Shown: positions 9,850 to 20,952 of the stretch, in pieces
Numbering within the stretch: position 1 is the stretch's first letter
Layout of the letters: each line of letters begins with the position of its first letter
DNA from: Octopus bimaculoides
Taxonomy: Eukaryota
Length of the DNA: 34,049 nucleotides
Assembly (NCBI RefSeq): GCF_001194135.2
Contig: NC_068984.1
Span: 105,470,625-105,504,673, forward strand
Reading direction: 5' to 3'
Position numbers and translations under genes: made by a program
The notes under the pieces: generated by a model
Told to the model about the DNA's origin: nothing
The model's input: only the letters and a program-made list of their open reading frames with translations
Database searches by the model: none

Positions 9850-12702
9850 TTAGCATTTATTTTTCTCCCTGTCTGCCGAGGATGGGCGGTAGTGGCACAG
9901 TGGTACTTTTTCGCAAGAGTCTGGATCTCGAAGTAAAGACGATATTCGTAGACCCGGAGGGTAGACTCCTTGTCCTGGATGTCGAAAGTAGCGATGGGTG
10001 CGCTTTTTGACTCCTAGCAGTCTATGCATCACCTTTAACAGGTCGGCAGGATTTCTTTCGACGTCTGGAAGTATTCCTGGGAATGTCTCGTCCTTTACTT
10101 TTAGTGGGGGATTGGAATGCTACCTTGGACACGCATCTAGACTACGTGGAGAGAGACAGAAATAGACGGGGATGCAAATGCCCCAAAGACCTGCTCAGAC
10201 GCTTTCAACTGTCTGACAAGTACCGACTCGACGACCCAAATGCGCCAACGTGGACATGGAGAAACTGCATTGGGTCGTGGAGATCGTATCTAGATAGTCT
10301 ACTGTGTAGGATAGTAGATAGGCGGTGAGCTGGCAGAAACGTTAGCACGTTAGCAGAAACGTCTGCTGTTACGTTCTGAGTTCAAACTCCGCCAAGGTTG
10401 ACTTTACCTTTCATCCTTTCGGGGTTGATAAATTAAGTACCAGTTACGCACTGGGGTCGATGTAATCGACTTAATCCTTTGTCTGTCCTTGTTTGTTTCC
10501 CCTATGTTTAGCTCCTTGTGAACAATGAAGAAATAAGATAGGAATAGCTTAGGATGTCCACAATTCCACTTAGTCAGCTACACGGATCACAAACTTGTGA
10601 CGTGTACGCTAGACTTAGATAAGGCACATAGGCAGGGTCCCGGTTACTGAAAACTGAACGCGTCTTTCTCGTCGAGACAGGTTTTTAGAGACCGAATTAG
10701 CACGCTAATAAAGAGGGCTTTGTCCGGAGCCATCGTCAACAACAAATGGTTGTTTACCCTCAAGAGAGCAGTAAAAGCGGAAGCAATTAGATATAGCAAA
10801 GCGCTAGCCATAGATAGAAACAGAATAGAGGGTGAGCTAGTTAAGAAGTTAGAAGAGGCAATGAGAAGTGGCATCGCATCCGACGTTTTGGCGGCGAGGT
10901 TGGTCCTCGATCAACACATCAACGCCAAACGCGTAGGGTGTGCTGTCAGGGCTAGGATTCGTGCTCTAAGAAACGAAGGTATTGGAGCCGCGTGAGAGGC
11001 CCGGGTGGAGGAGGCGCGACGGGGCAACAAAACCACCATTCGGTCTCTGGTAGAACAGGGGCGCGAATTGCTCGAGTCCAGCAAAATGTGCGAGGCGTTT
11101 CAACGGCATTTTGCCCGACTGTTCGGGACGAGTGGCGAGCGAGAACGTAGGGTGGACTTCAGTGCCTACCTGCACAGCCTGTCACGACTCTTGGCAAGAG
11201 AGGCAGAGTGCTGCGAAGGTGCCATCACGGCAGCGGAAGAGAGGGACGCAATGGCAAGATGCTCGAGGGACAAATCGCCTGGTTTGGATGGTCTGCCCTA
11301 CGAGCTTTACAATTGTATGCCAGACTTGTTTGGAGACGTCTTGGCAGCTGTGTACTGCAACTGGCAGCAGAACGGGAGTATCTCCGGTTTTGTGAGCCGA
11401 GGAGCTGTAACGCTGCTGAAGAAAGATTCAAACAAGAAGGACGTAATAGATAACTTTAGGCTCATCACTCTGCTCAATGCAGACCTGAAAATTTTGGCCA
11501 TGGTGTTAGCTAAGAGGTTGGCGCTTGTCATCGAGGTGACAAAGCGCAAGGTCGACAAAGCACAAGGTCGACAAGGTCGACAAGGCGCAAACGTGCGCCG
11601 TGCCGGGCCGGAGCATCCATGACAGCCTCCATCTGATGCGATTACATCGTAGACAGGGTAGTTAAGGAACCTGGCATGGGTAGGGCCCTGATCAATTTGG
11701 ATCAATCGAAAGCTTTCGATAGGGTAGATCATCGATACTTGGAGGCTGTCCTCATAGCAGCCGGTTTCGGTCCCGTCTTCCGCTGCCTTGTACAGAGGCA
11801 TCCGTTCGGTGATTCGCGTGAATGGGCGTCTATCGAGACCTTTCGACATTGCACGTTCGGTCCGTCAGGGATGCCCTCTCTCGTCGCTTCTGTACATATT
11901 GACTCTCGAGCCACTACTGCGGAAGCTGGCGACGCTGAGGGGCATCCTGCGAGAACTGGGGTGCGAGACGAGCGTGTCCGCTTTCGCTGACGATGTCACC
12001 GTCATAGCGTCTAGCCACGAGCACATCGTGTTGTGCGGCGAGACGCTGAAAGACTACAAAGCGGTGACGGGAGCGAAAATCAACCAGGAAAAGTCGGTGG
12101 GCTTGCGGCTCGGCACCTGGAGAAGCAAGCCCATGCCGTTCGGCACCACCTCAGTAGTGGGACGTTGGACGGAAGGGCCGGTCAAGTTGCTCGGAGTTTG
12201 GTTCGTTCCGGACCTGCAAACGGAGAAGAACTGGGACGAGATAACGAGTAGGGTGGCCACTCTCTGCTGGCAATGGGCCGAGAGGAAGCTGCCCCTAAAA
12301 GGTCGGGCGGAGGGGGCGAACACGTACATCACGTCTGTCATCAACTACCGCCTGACCATCGTGCCTTGTCCCGAAACTGGAACGCATCCCCTTCCGCTTC
12401 TTGTGGAAAGGAAGCGTTTGCTGCCAACACCTGCTGAAAGGAGGGCTGGGCATGATGAGGCGCAGACATACGCTGAAGCTGCGACATCTCCAGCTCTACG
12501 TGGATGACGGTGAGCAGGTGTGGTCGCCGTTTGTGCGGCGCGCTTTCCCGCAGCTCATCTCCATGACCGAGCTGCAGTCGTGGATCAAGAAGAGGCCGAG
12601 GAAGGGCGAATGGCACCGTGAGTGTCGTGTTGCTCTCCAGCAACTCTGCCGTTCCGGGTCGACCTTGAGCGACTGCATCACAACCAACGCATTCTATAGG
12701 GG
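9850..12702 (+). pseudogene. Tx1-like ORF2: apurinic endonuclease + reverse transcriptase, disrupted
   Basis: APE: LLAVYA, LLVGDWNATLD, WTW...SYLD, YTDHKLV, GY*KLNAS. RT: SPGLDGLPYELY, NFRLITLLNADLKILA, LINLDQSKAFDRVDH, RSVRQGCPLS, SAFADDVTV, VKLLGVWF. Several stops/frameshifts and a SINE insertion. Confidence 0.92.
10323..10535 (+). mobile_element. tRNA-headed Meta-domain-like SINE inserted in the APE domain, 7-bp TSD AGATAGG
   Basis: Same head/core as 7012-7188 but a different tail (…CCCCTATGTTTAGCTCCTTGTGAACAATGAAGAAATA). AGATAGG at 10316-10322 and 10536-10542. Removal restores the frame RIVDRNSLGCPQFHLVSYTDHKLV. Confidence 0.9.
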
Positions 12703-13692
12703 NNNNNNNNNNNNNNNNNNNNNNNNNNNNNNNNNNNNNNNNNNNNNNNNNNNNNNNNNNNNNNNNNNNNNNNNNNNNNNNNNNNNNNNNNNNNNNNNNN
12801 NNNNNNNNNNNNNNNNNNNNNNNNNNNNNNNNNNNNNNNNNNNNNNNNNNNNNNNNNNNNNNNNNNNNNNNNNNNNNNNNNNNNNNNNNNNNNNNNNNNN
12901 NNNNNNNNNNNNNNNNNNNNNNNNNNNNNNNNNNNNNNNNNNNNNNNNNNNNNNNNNNNNNNNNNNNNNNNNNNNNNNNNNNNNNNNNNNNNNNNNNNNN
13001 NNNNNNNNNNNNNNNNNNNNNNNNNNNNNNNNNNNNNNNNNNNNNNNNNNNNNNNNNNNNNNNNNNNNNNNNNNNNNNNNNNNNNNNNNNNNNNNNNNNN
13101 NNNNNNNNNNNNNNNNNNNNNNNNNNNNNNNNNNNNNNNNNNNNNNNNNNNNNNNNNNNNNNNNNNNNNNNNNNNNNNNNNNNNNNNNNNNNNNNNNNNN
13201 NNNNNNNNNNNNNNNNNNNNNNNNNNNNNNNNNNNNNNNNNNNNNNNNNNNNNNNNNNNNNNNNNNNNNNNNNNNNNNNNNNNNNNNNNNNNNNNNNNNN
13301 NNNNNNNNNNNNNNNNNNNNNNNNNNNNNNNNNNNNNNNNNNNNNNNNNNNNNNNNNNNNNNNNNNNNNNNNNNNNNNNNNNNNNNNNNNNNNNNNNNNN
13401 NNNNNNNNNNNNNNNNNNNNNNNNNNNNNNNNNNNNNNNNNNNGTAACATTATTGCCCGAGGTTACCGTGATCTTTTCGTAGGTTTTTCTTTCCCCGGAT
13501 AAACCTCCCCATTTCTTGGGAACTTTTTGTACTATTTCGACTTTTTTGTGTATATCCCGAACGATTTCGATTCCTTTTGATCGTTGTCCCTACTTTTGTT
13601 TCTTTTTAATTGTTTTCGCCCCACTCGAAAAGAAAAACTCTACATTGTAATTGTCCCCTCTGTGTTCAGCCCTGTGTGGCCAATAAAGAAAG

Positions 13693-13693
<1 letters not shown>

Positions 13694-13746
<53 letters not shown>
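13694..13746. repeat. (TATC)n microsatellite
   Basis: Direct reading. Confidence 0.97.
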
Positions 13747-13851
13747 GGGCAAATCGAAAATTAAAATTAGCAAAACAACAAAAATCAAAAGAATGTAGAC
13801 ATGGAATGTATTAGCTTGGTGCTCAGTATAAGATGGGAAAAAAATTGGGTG

Positions 13852-13885
13852 CATAACGTTTCGAGCATTGCACTTCGTCAGAATG
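13852..13885 (-). ncRNA. Degenerate minimal (Penelope-type) hammerhead ribozyme motif
   Basis: Minus strand CATT-CTGACGA-A-GTGC-AAT-GCTC-GAAAC-GTT-ATG: both core boxes in correct order, 4-bp stem II with one mismatch, palindromic ACGT stem III. Stem I is imperfect. Confidence 0.45.
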
Positions 13886-14640
13886 AAGAGAGAGGAAAGG
13901 CCTAGAGAAGGAAAACTGCAAGAAAAGCACGTGCGTGGTTAAACACACACACATTTAGAAGCATGAAATAAGTCGTTTTTGACGGTGTAACTCGAAGCAA
14001 ATAAAGCTATAAATAATAGCGTGTAAATATTAGGTTAAAAGCTCATTGATTACAAAAGTTGAAAGATGCCCGTGGGGCTTGAATTCATATCTATAAACAT
14101 GACAGGCATTATACTATTGTACTGAAGGATTTCTTCATTTCACGAGCCAAGGGGTTTATAATCCAATATTTATATATTATCTATAGCTTTATCTATTAAA
14201 AACGATTGATACGATGTCTCGCGAAGTTTTTACATTCTTATGATGTAAACTTACAATTCTCGCTGCTAAAAGCGAATCTGTCAAAGCAACCGCGAATATT
14301 GGACGTGGTTCATTAAAATGCATATAAATGTCAAAATATAACGTAAAATATTATATATATATATATATATAATATTTAATAATAATNNNNNNNNNNNNNN
14401 NNNNNNNNNNNNNNNNNNNNNNNNNNNNNNNNNNNNNNNNNNNNNNNNNNNNNNNNNNNNNNNNNNNNNNNNNNNNNNNNNNNNNNNNNNNNNNNNNNNN
14501 NNNNNNNNNNNNNNNNNNNNNNNNNNNNNNNNNNNNNNNNNNNNNNNNNNNNNNNNNNNNNNNNNNNNNNNNNNNNNNATATATATATACACATATATAA
14601 ATAATATTTAATAATAATTTAATGGAAAATAAAATAAAAT

Positions 14641-16537
14641 GTACGGTTACTCACCAATAATGAATGATATTGATTTAAGACGATGATGATGAAAATAATG
14701 AAGGTAATGATTGCACAGCAAAGAAAATTTAAAGCTCTTCAGGTGACGCCTCTTCTTCAGGTGTTTTAAGGGATGTCGTATCTTTGTGCAAGCTTTCTTG
14801 GTGGGCTTGAGGAACGTTGTGATACGAAGTTGCTGACGTTGTTTCTTGGTGGTGAGGAAAACTTTATATGTCTGCATGGCAGCCTCGATGACCGAACCAT
14901 ATAGGGATCTCATGCTTCCGCCTTCCCTTGCAATTCCTTTGCTGTCCTTAAAAGGTCGGACAGACGTTCGATTGCTAGGCCCACCTCATCCTCCTCTTCC
15001 TCTGGATCTGGCGCTTCCTCCTCTTCTTCGCTGGCAGACTTCGTTAATTCCAACAAATCTTCGTCAGTCAGGGTTTCAGAGTGGGCATCGATGAGGTCGT
15101 TGACCTCAACTTGTGTGATGTCGTCAAAACCTTTGCCAGTTTCACCGCATTGTTGACAGCCTCGTGCTGAATATCTTCAGATAAGAAGCCCCCCGTAGTC
15201 CTGGACACACTCTCTGGCCACACCTTCTTCCAGCATGCGATGAGGGTCTTTTTTTCATGTCTTTTACAGTGTGGATGACCGACAGGCACGTTGCAATCGT
15301 GAAGTTACGCCAGTACTCATTTAACTTGAAATTCTCGTCCGAATCCACTGCGTTCACAAAGTGTTGGAAAGAGTTCCGAGTGTAAAGTGCCTTGAAGGCA
15401 CGGATCACGCCTTGATCCATAGCCTGGATGAGGGATGTGGTGATGGAAGGGAGAAACTTGACTTGACCTCCCTCGTGATTCAAATCCAAAGCGTGGCCAC
15501 CAGCATTATCCATAACAAGCAACACCTTGAATTCCATGCAAACATTTTGGAGGTATTCCTTGGTTTGGGGGATGAAGCATTGGTGGGACCAATTCAAAAT
15601 TGAGTTTTTGGCAATCCAGGCCTTGGGGTTGTGCATTCAGTGGACAGGCAGCAGATTTTATTCTTATTTTAGAACCCTCAGGTTCGCGGACTTGTAAGGT
15701 AAGTCCTGGTTTCATCATGAAGCCAGCAGCATTGCCACATGCAATTAGCATCAATCTGTCCGTCTATGCCTTAAATGCTGGGACTCTGGCTTCGTCCTTC
15801 ATGATGTAAGTTGTGGAAGGCATCTTCTTCCAGAATAATCCAGTCCGTCCATACTGAAAACCTGTTCTGGTTTGTATCTCTTGTACTCGATGATCTACCT
15901 GAAGGTCTCGAGGTACTTCTCGGCGGCTTTGTTGTCGGCTGATGCTGTCTCACCATGCAGGGAAACACAATTTATTTCAAACCGTTTCTGGAAACGGTCA
16001 AACTATCCCTTGCTGGTTTGAAAATCTTCGGACTCCGGTGCTGTCAATGGTTACGGTTCTTCGGTGTCTTCTGTCCCGTTTCCTGTGTCGAACTGCTGGT
16101 ATAATTTCCGCGCTTTCTCGCGGATGATGTTACCGCTCAAGGGGATGCTTTTCTTCTTGCAGTCAATGATCCACAATGCCAAAGCAGACTCCATCCTGAC
16201 GAAGTGCTTATTTCTCACTATCGTTATCTTTTTGGCACTTTCACAGAAACTTACTGCTACAGTAATCCTGATCGCCACCTCCTTCTTTATGTAGCGTATG
16301 GTGCTTTCATCGACAACATAATAGTGATCTACTGCAGCATATTCAGCAGTTGAGCCTTGTCATGGAGCGTCATAACCTTTTTCTGGCGCTTAGGTTCACT
16401 GCCAGAAGCCTGAAAAAGTGTAGGGCGTTTGGGCGGCATCTTAGGGCTTTAATAAAACGCTGCGAAAAACACGATGCTCAACAAAATACTGAAGATAAAA
16501 AAGAAAAAAAATCCTACAAAAAAACAAAAAATCCTAC
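14641..16537 (-). mobile_element. Decayed Tigger/pogo-family DNA transposon (CENP-B-like HTH + DDE transposase), TIRs lost in flanking gaps
   Basis: ATG at 16439 (MPPKRP...); RMESALALWI...IIREKARKLY (HTH); LLVMDNAGGH...FLPSITTSLIQAMDQGVIRAFKALY (DDE_1 core); acidic tail and KKQRQQLRITTFL. Many frameshifts. Confidence 0.92.
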
Positions 16538-17248
16538 NNNNNNNNNNNNNNNNNNNNNNNNNNNNNNNNNNNNNNNNNNNNNNNNNNNNNNNNNNNNNNN
16601 NNNNNNNNNNNNNNNNNNNNNNNNNNNNNNNNNNNNNNNNNNNNNNNNNNNNNNNNNNNNNNNNNNNNNNNNNNNNNNNNNNNNNNNNNNNNNNNNNNNN
16701 NNNNNNNNNNNNNNNNNNNNNNNNNNNNNNNNNNNNNNNNNNNNNNNNNNNNNNNNNNNNNNNNNNNNNNNNNNNNNNNNNNNNNNNNNNNNNNNNNNNN
16801 NNNNNNNNNNNNNNNNNNNNNNNNNNNNNNNNNNNNNNNNNNNNNNNNNNNNNNNNNNNNNNNNNNNNNNNNNNNNNNNNNNNNNNNNNNNNNNNNNNNN
16901 NNNNNNNNNNNNNNNNNNNNNNNNNNNNNNNNNNNNNNNNNNNNNNNNNNNNNNNNNNNNNNNNNNNNNNNNNNNNNNNNNNNNNNNNNNNNNNNNNNNN
17001 NNNNNNNNNNNNNNNNNNNNNNNNNNNNNNNNNNNNNNNNNNNNNNNNNNNNNNNNNNNNNNNNNNNNNNNNNNNNNNNNNNNNNNNNNNNNNNNNNNNN
17101 NNNNNNNNNNNNNNNNNNNNNNNNNNNNNNNNNNNNNNNNNNNNNNNNNNNNNNNNNNNNNNNNNNNNNNNNNNNNNNNNNNNNNNATAGCATAAACAGC
17201 TGTAAGCTAATAAGTTCATAACATAGCCATTATTTTTCCTGTGTCATC

Positions 17249-17253
17249 TGTTT

Positions 17254-17293
<40 letters not shown>
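17249..17293. repeat. (AT)n microsatellite
   Basis: Direct reading. Confidence 0.95.
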
Positions 17294-17297
<4 letters not shown>

Positions 17298-17887
17298 ATA
17301 GAAACACTACTCAACTACATATAAGCACATACATTTTTTTAGAACTCTGTATCCCGTAACTTTTATATTTTTGCTGTTTTACGAATTGTTTTTTTTATTT
17401 GTACGTCTGATGCAACGGAAATTTCTATTCTGCAAAATGTCGAAAATGAAAGAGTTACGTATCTTTCGTGCATTCGCTCAGTGACTTGAATAGCTTATTA
17501 TGTTATGATGACAAATTCGTATTTCAGACAATAAACTTCGGGATAACCGATAGCGCAAATCATTTTGTTGTTTAATGAAAGAAATGAAAGGCAATTAAAT
17601 GAAGGAAATGAAAAACTGAATACTTGATTTCTTACCAAATCCCAAATAAAATCCCTAAAGCAAACGTTTACATAGGAATGTAATGTTAAGATACAGCGTG
17701 CAAGTACGAGGGTATGTCTGTGTATATTCTAATACAAAACTGGTTTGTATGTTTGTATGTATTATGAATATGTGAAGCATACACATACAAACATGCATGT
17801 ATACACAATGTACAAAAGTTTTCCAAAGAAACCTACCAAAAAAAGGCTGTTCCTTTCTCTCACTCTCTCATTCATGAACACCTCACT

Positions 17888-18110
17888 TTAAAAAGAAGAG
17901 AAGGGAAGTTGTGAAGGATCATATTTTGACCATCACAACTCATGATAAGTTTGTAAGGTTGAGCAGGGGAGCTGTAAAAGGTAGTATATTTGTCAAAAAA
18001 GAAGGGAAACCGTAAATGGTAATATGTTTGTAAGGAAGAGAAGGGACATTGTAAATGGTCTTATGTTTTTAAAGAAGAGAAAGAATCTATAAAAAGTTGT
18101 GTGTCTTTTT
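17888..18110 (+). repeat. Degenerate ~38-40-bp purine-rich tandem repeat
   Basis: About 5 units of AAGAAGAGAAGGGAA..GTAAA.GGT..TAT.TTT. Confidence 0.55.
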
Positions 18111-18149
18111 AAAAAAATCTGAAGAGAAACCCAGTTCAGAAAAATGTGC

Positions 18150-18960
18150 CAGGCAAAACTGAAGAGAATAAGATTACTAAAAAGTACTCTAATATCGTGT
18201 TAAATAAAATAATGGAAATCAGAAATTTAGACCAAATACAAACTTTTTAATTTCCTAGCAATTAATAAGCTTGACAGAACAATGCACACAAATGAAACAA
18301 AAGGTTAAGAAAATTATTGACTCATTAGATGAATGCTTAAAATAATCAAATACAAAAATGAGAGGGTAGACATCAACATTCAAGGTAGCAAGACTGGACA
18401 AGGAAAGCAAATATAACGATTGCATCTACAATAGAGGACCTAAAAGCCAACAGAAGGACTCATTTGCAATTAGAAATTTATACACATATCGACTGTAGGA
18501 ATACAAAGGTATGTAGCGAAGAGAAATAAAAGAAACTAATTTAAACATGAACAAAGTGAAAAACTATTTTATATTTCAAAAATATATAACTATAAAGCAA
18601 AGGATGACGAAACAGATAGCTGTGAAGAGGATACAGAAACAACAGAAACTACATATTTTTTTAAATATATATATCTTAAGATTTCCGACTGTCCAATCAC
18701 TGGTTTACTGCATTAAAAAAACCCTGAAAAACTATATTGAAAACGGAGTTATATAATGTCATAATAAGACATTTGCAAGAAAGTCCCTACATGGCTAAAT
18801 CTTGTCAAGATTGAGAGTAAGCTGATAAAGCGGAAGTGAATAGAAAGTAGCACCTGTTACGAGGTACAGGGTTCAAAACTGCCACCAGAAATTATCAAAA
18901 CATATAACAAGTAACTGCAGAATATGAGGAAATTGTGAAGAGGCAATCGGTTACCTGGTA
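18150..18960 (+). mobile_element. Heavily decayed R4/Dong-like LINE fragment (post-RT region to CCHC)
   Basis: Residual motifs across frames: ...LQLE, FARKSLHG, DKAEVNRK, ATRNYQ, SNCRI*GNCEEAIGYLV, in the same order as in 1921-2200. Cut by the SINE at 18961. Confidence 0.55.
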
Positions 18961-19140
18961 TATCTTTTATCTTTTACTTGTTCCAGTCATTTGACTGCGG
19001 CCATGTTGGGGCACCAACTTGAAGGGTTGTAGTCGAATAAATCGACCTCAAGACTTAATTTTTTAAAAACCTGGTACTTGTTCTTTCGCTCTCTTTTGCT
19101 GAACCGCCAAGTTTCGGGGACGTAAACACACCAACACTAA
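18961..19140 (-). mobile_element. 3' half of SINE family of 2527-3007
   Basis: TCTTTTATCTTTTACTTGTTCCAGTCATTTGACTGCGGCCATG is the reverse of the family tail. Confidence 0.8.
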
Positions 19141-19651
19141 GTGTTGTCTTCGCTGCGTCGTTATTGAAAACATTTGGTTCTTCCTGATCGAAATCCACCC
19201 TAAAGATCAAAATCACCGTCTTTAGATCAGGATATACAATACATGTTTTTCCTTACACGTACTGCATTGTTGTTCTTAGGAAATTCGCAAAGCATGCAAT
19301 GTCGAATATGCAGCTCACTAAAGTCTTTATCTTCCATAGGCTATTGGACAGAGCATAAATACATAGCGCGTGTCCACAATAATATGTAATTAACCCAATA
19401 CAGACTGGTTGATTGCAAGGATACCTTTTGTTAGGTTGTAAACTATTTAGTTTGGCATGGGGTCAGACTGTTTGTTGGAAAATACATTACTTTCGGTACT
19501 CCCATATATATATANNNNNNNNNNNNNNNNNNNNNNNNNNNNNNNNNNNNNNNNNNNNNNNNNNNNNNNNNNNNNNNNNNNNNNNNNNNNNNNNNNNNNN
19601 NNNNNNNNNNNNNNNNNNNNNNNNNNNNNNNNNNNNNNNNNNNNNNNNNNN

Positions 19652-20030
19652 GACTGCGGCCATGCTGGGGCACTGATTTGTAAACTTTTAACCGAATGAA
19701 TCGACCATAGTACATTTTTAAGCATGGTATTTATTCTATTGATCTGTTTTGCCGAACTGTTAAGTAACAGAGGCGTAAATATTCCAATACCGGTTGTCAA
19801 GCGATGGTGAGACACACACGCACGCATACACACACACACACACATACACACACACATACTCACACTCACACGACGGGTGTCTTTCAATTTCTGTGTACCA
19901 AATCCACTCACAAAATTTTGGTCGGCCTGCGAATATAACAGGAGAGACTTGCCCAAGGTATCATACAGTGAGACTGAACCCGGAACCATGTGGTTGGGAA
20001 GCAAGCTTCTTACCACACAGCCACACCTAT
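19652..20030 (-). mobile_element. SINE of the 2527-3007 family with internal (CA)n
   Basis: GACTGCGGCCATGCTGG ... (CA)n ... CTTGCCCAAGGT ... CTGAACCCGGAACCATGTGGTTGG ... ACCACACAGCCAC. Confidence 0.85.
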
Positions 20031-20287
20031 AGACACATATACAGACATGAGGGAGTTATAGCTTTCATAAATTAGAAACTATGTCGTTATTGTGAATTAG
20101 TAACAGATAAGAGATGGTACATAAATACAAGAAAAGGTGCTGAGATAGATGAAGAAAACATACTCTGTGACATGCCATTTCATACATTTCGGGAGATAAA
20201 GGCCAATTGTCCGGATATTCTTGTGAATACATTCAGGTAAAGATGTGTCTTTTATTCGATGTCTCAATTCTAACAAACGACTATATA

Positions 20288-20952
20288 TCAGGTCATCCCA
20301 TAAGTTCTGTACGATTTTACTTTTTTAAAAATTGAATGAAATTTAATAGTATTTTAGAATGTCTAATGGAATTAAAAATTATTTTTATGCATTTGTATTT
20401 GTGTATGTTTAAACTAATTAAATATTATTTTACAGAATAATAGAATTAAAATTTCTTTGATTAAAACCCTTTCTAACATGGAAGTATCCAAAGAGCATTT
20501 CAGGCACATAATGCTTTATGAGTACAAAAAAGAAACACTGCAGCCGAAGCGACTCGAAGCATATACTCAGTTTATGGTAAAGAATGCTTGAATGAAAGAA
20601 CTTGCAGAAGATGATTTGCAAAATTGAGAAGTGGAGATTTCAGCCTTGAAGATGAAGATCGAACAGGACGTCCAGTTGAGTTTGATGATAAGCTCCTTGA
20701 GGCATTACTTGAAGAAAATCCTGCATTATCAGTTGAAGAATTGGCAACAAAGCTTAGTTCAAACCATACAACTGTTCATCGTCATCTTCAACAACTTGGA
20801 AAGGTTCCTAAATTTGGAAAATGGGTACCTCATGAATTGTCCGAAAGCAACCGCAAGTCCCGAGTTGACATCTGCTCTTCTCTCCATTCTTGCGAACTCA
20901 TTTCACCCTTTTTTGGATAAACTTGTGATTGGTGACGAAAAATGGATCTTCT
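20288..20952 (+). mobile_element. Mariner-family transposon, 5' half (rest in gap)
   Basis: TA followed by TIR-like TCAGGTCATCCCATAAGTTCTGT. ATG at 20478: MEVSKEHFRHIMLYEYKK...SGDFSLEDEDRTGRP...LGKVPKFGKWVPHEL...LVIGDEKWIF. Frameshifts and a stop. Confidence 0.93.

Larger units (their letters stand above)
8651..13693 (+). mobile_element. Near-full-length, decayed Tx1/L1-like LINE (ORF1 CCHC; ORF2 APE-RT; 3' UTR), element B
   Basis: ORF1 knuckle, APE and RT motifs as listed below; 3' UTR ends CAGCCCTGTGTGGCCAATAAAGAAAGT|TATCTATC. (TCTA)n on both sides. The 5' boundary and the assignment of 8651-9840 to the same element are inferred; gap at 12703-13443. Confidence 0.75.

Noticed and set aside
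20395-20436. Possible short intron in the mariner 5' UTR (GT...CTAAT...TTTTACAG)
   Set aside because: Only ~33-41 nt, AT-rich background, no supporting evidence.
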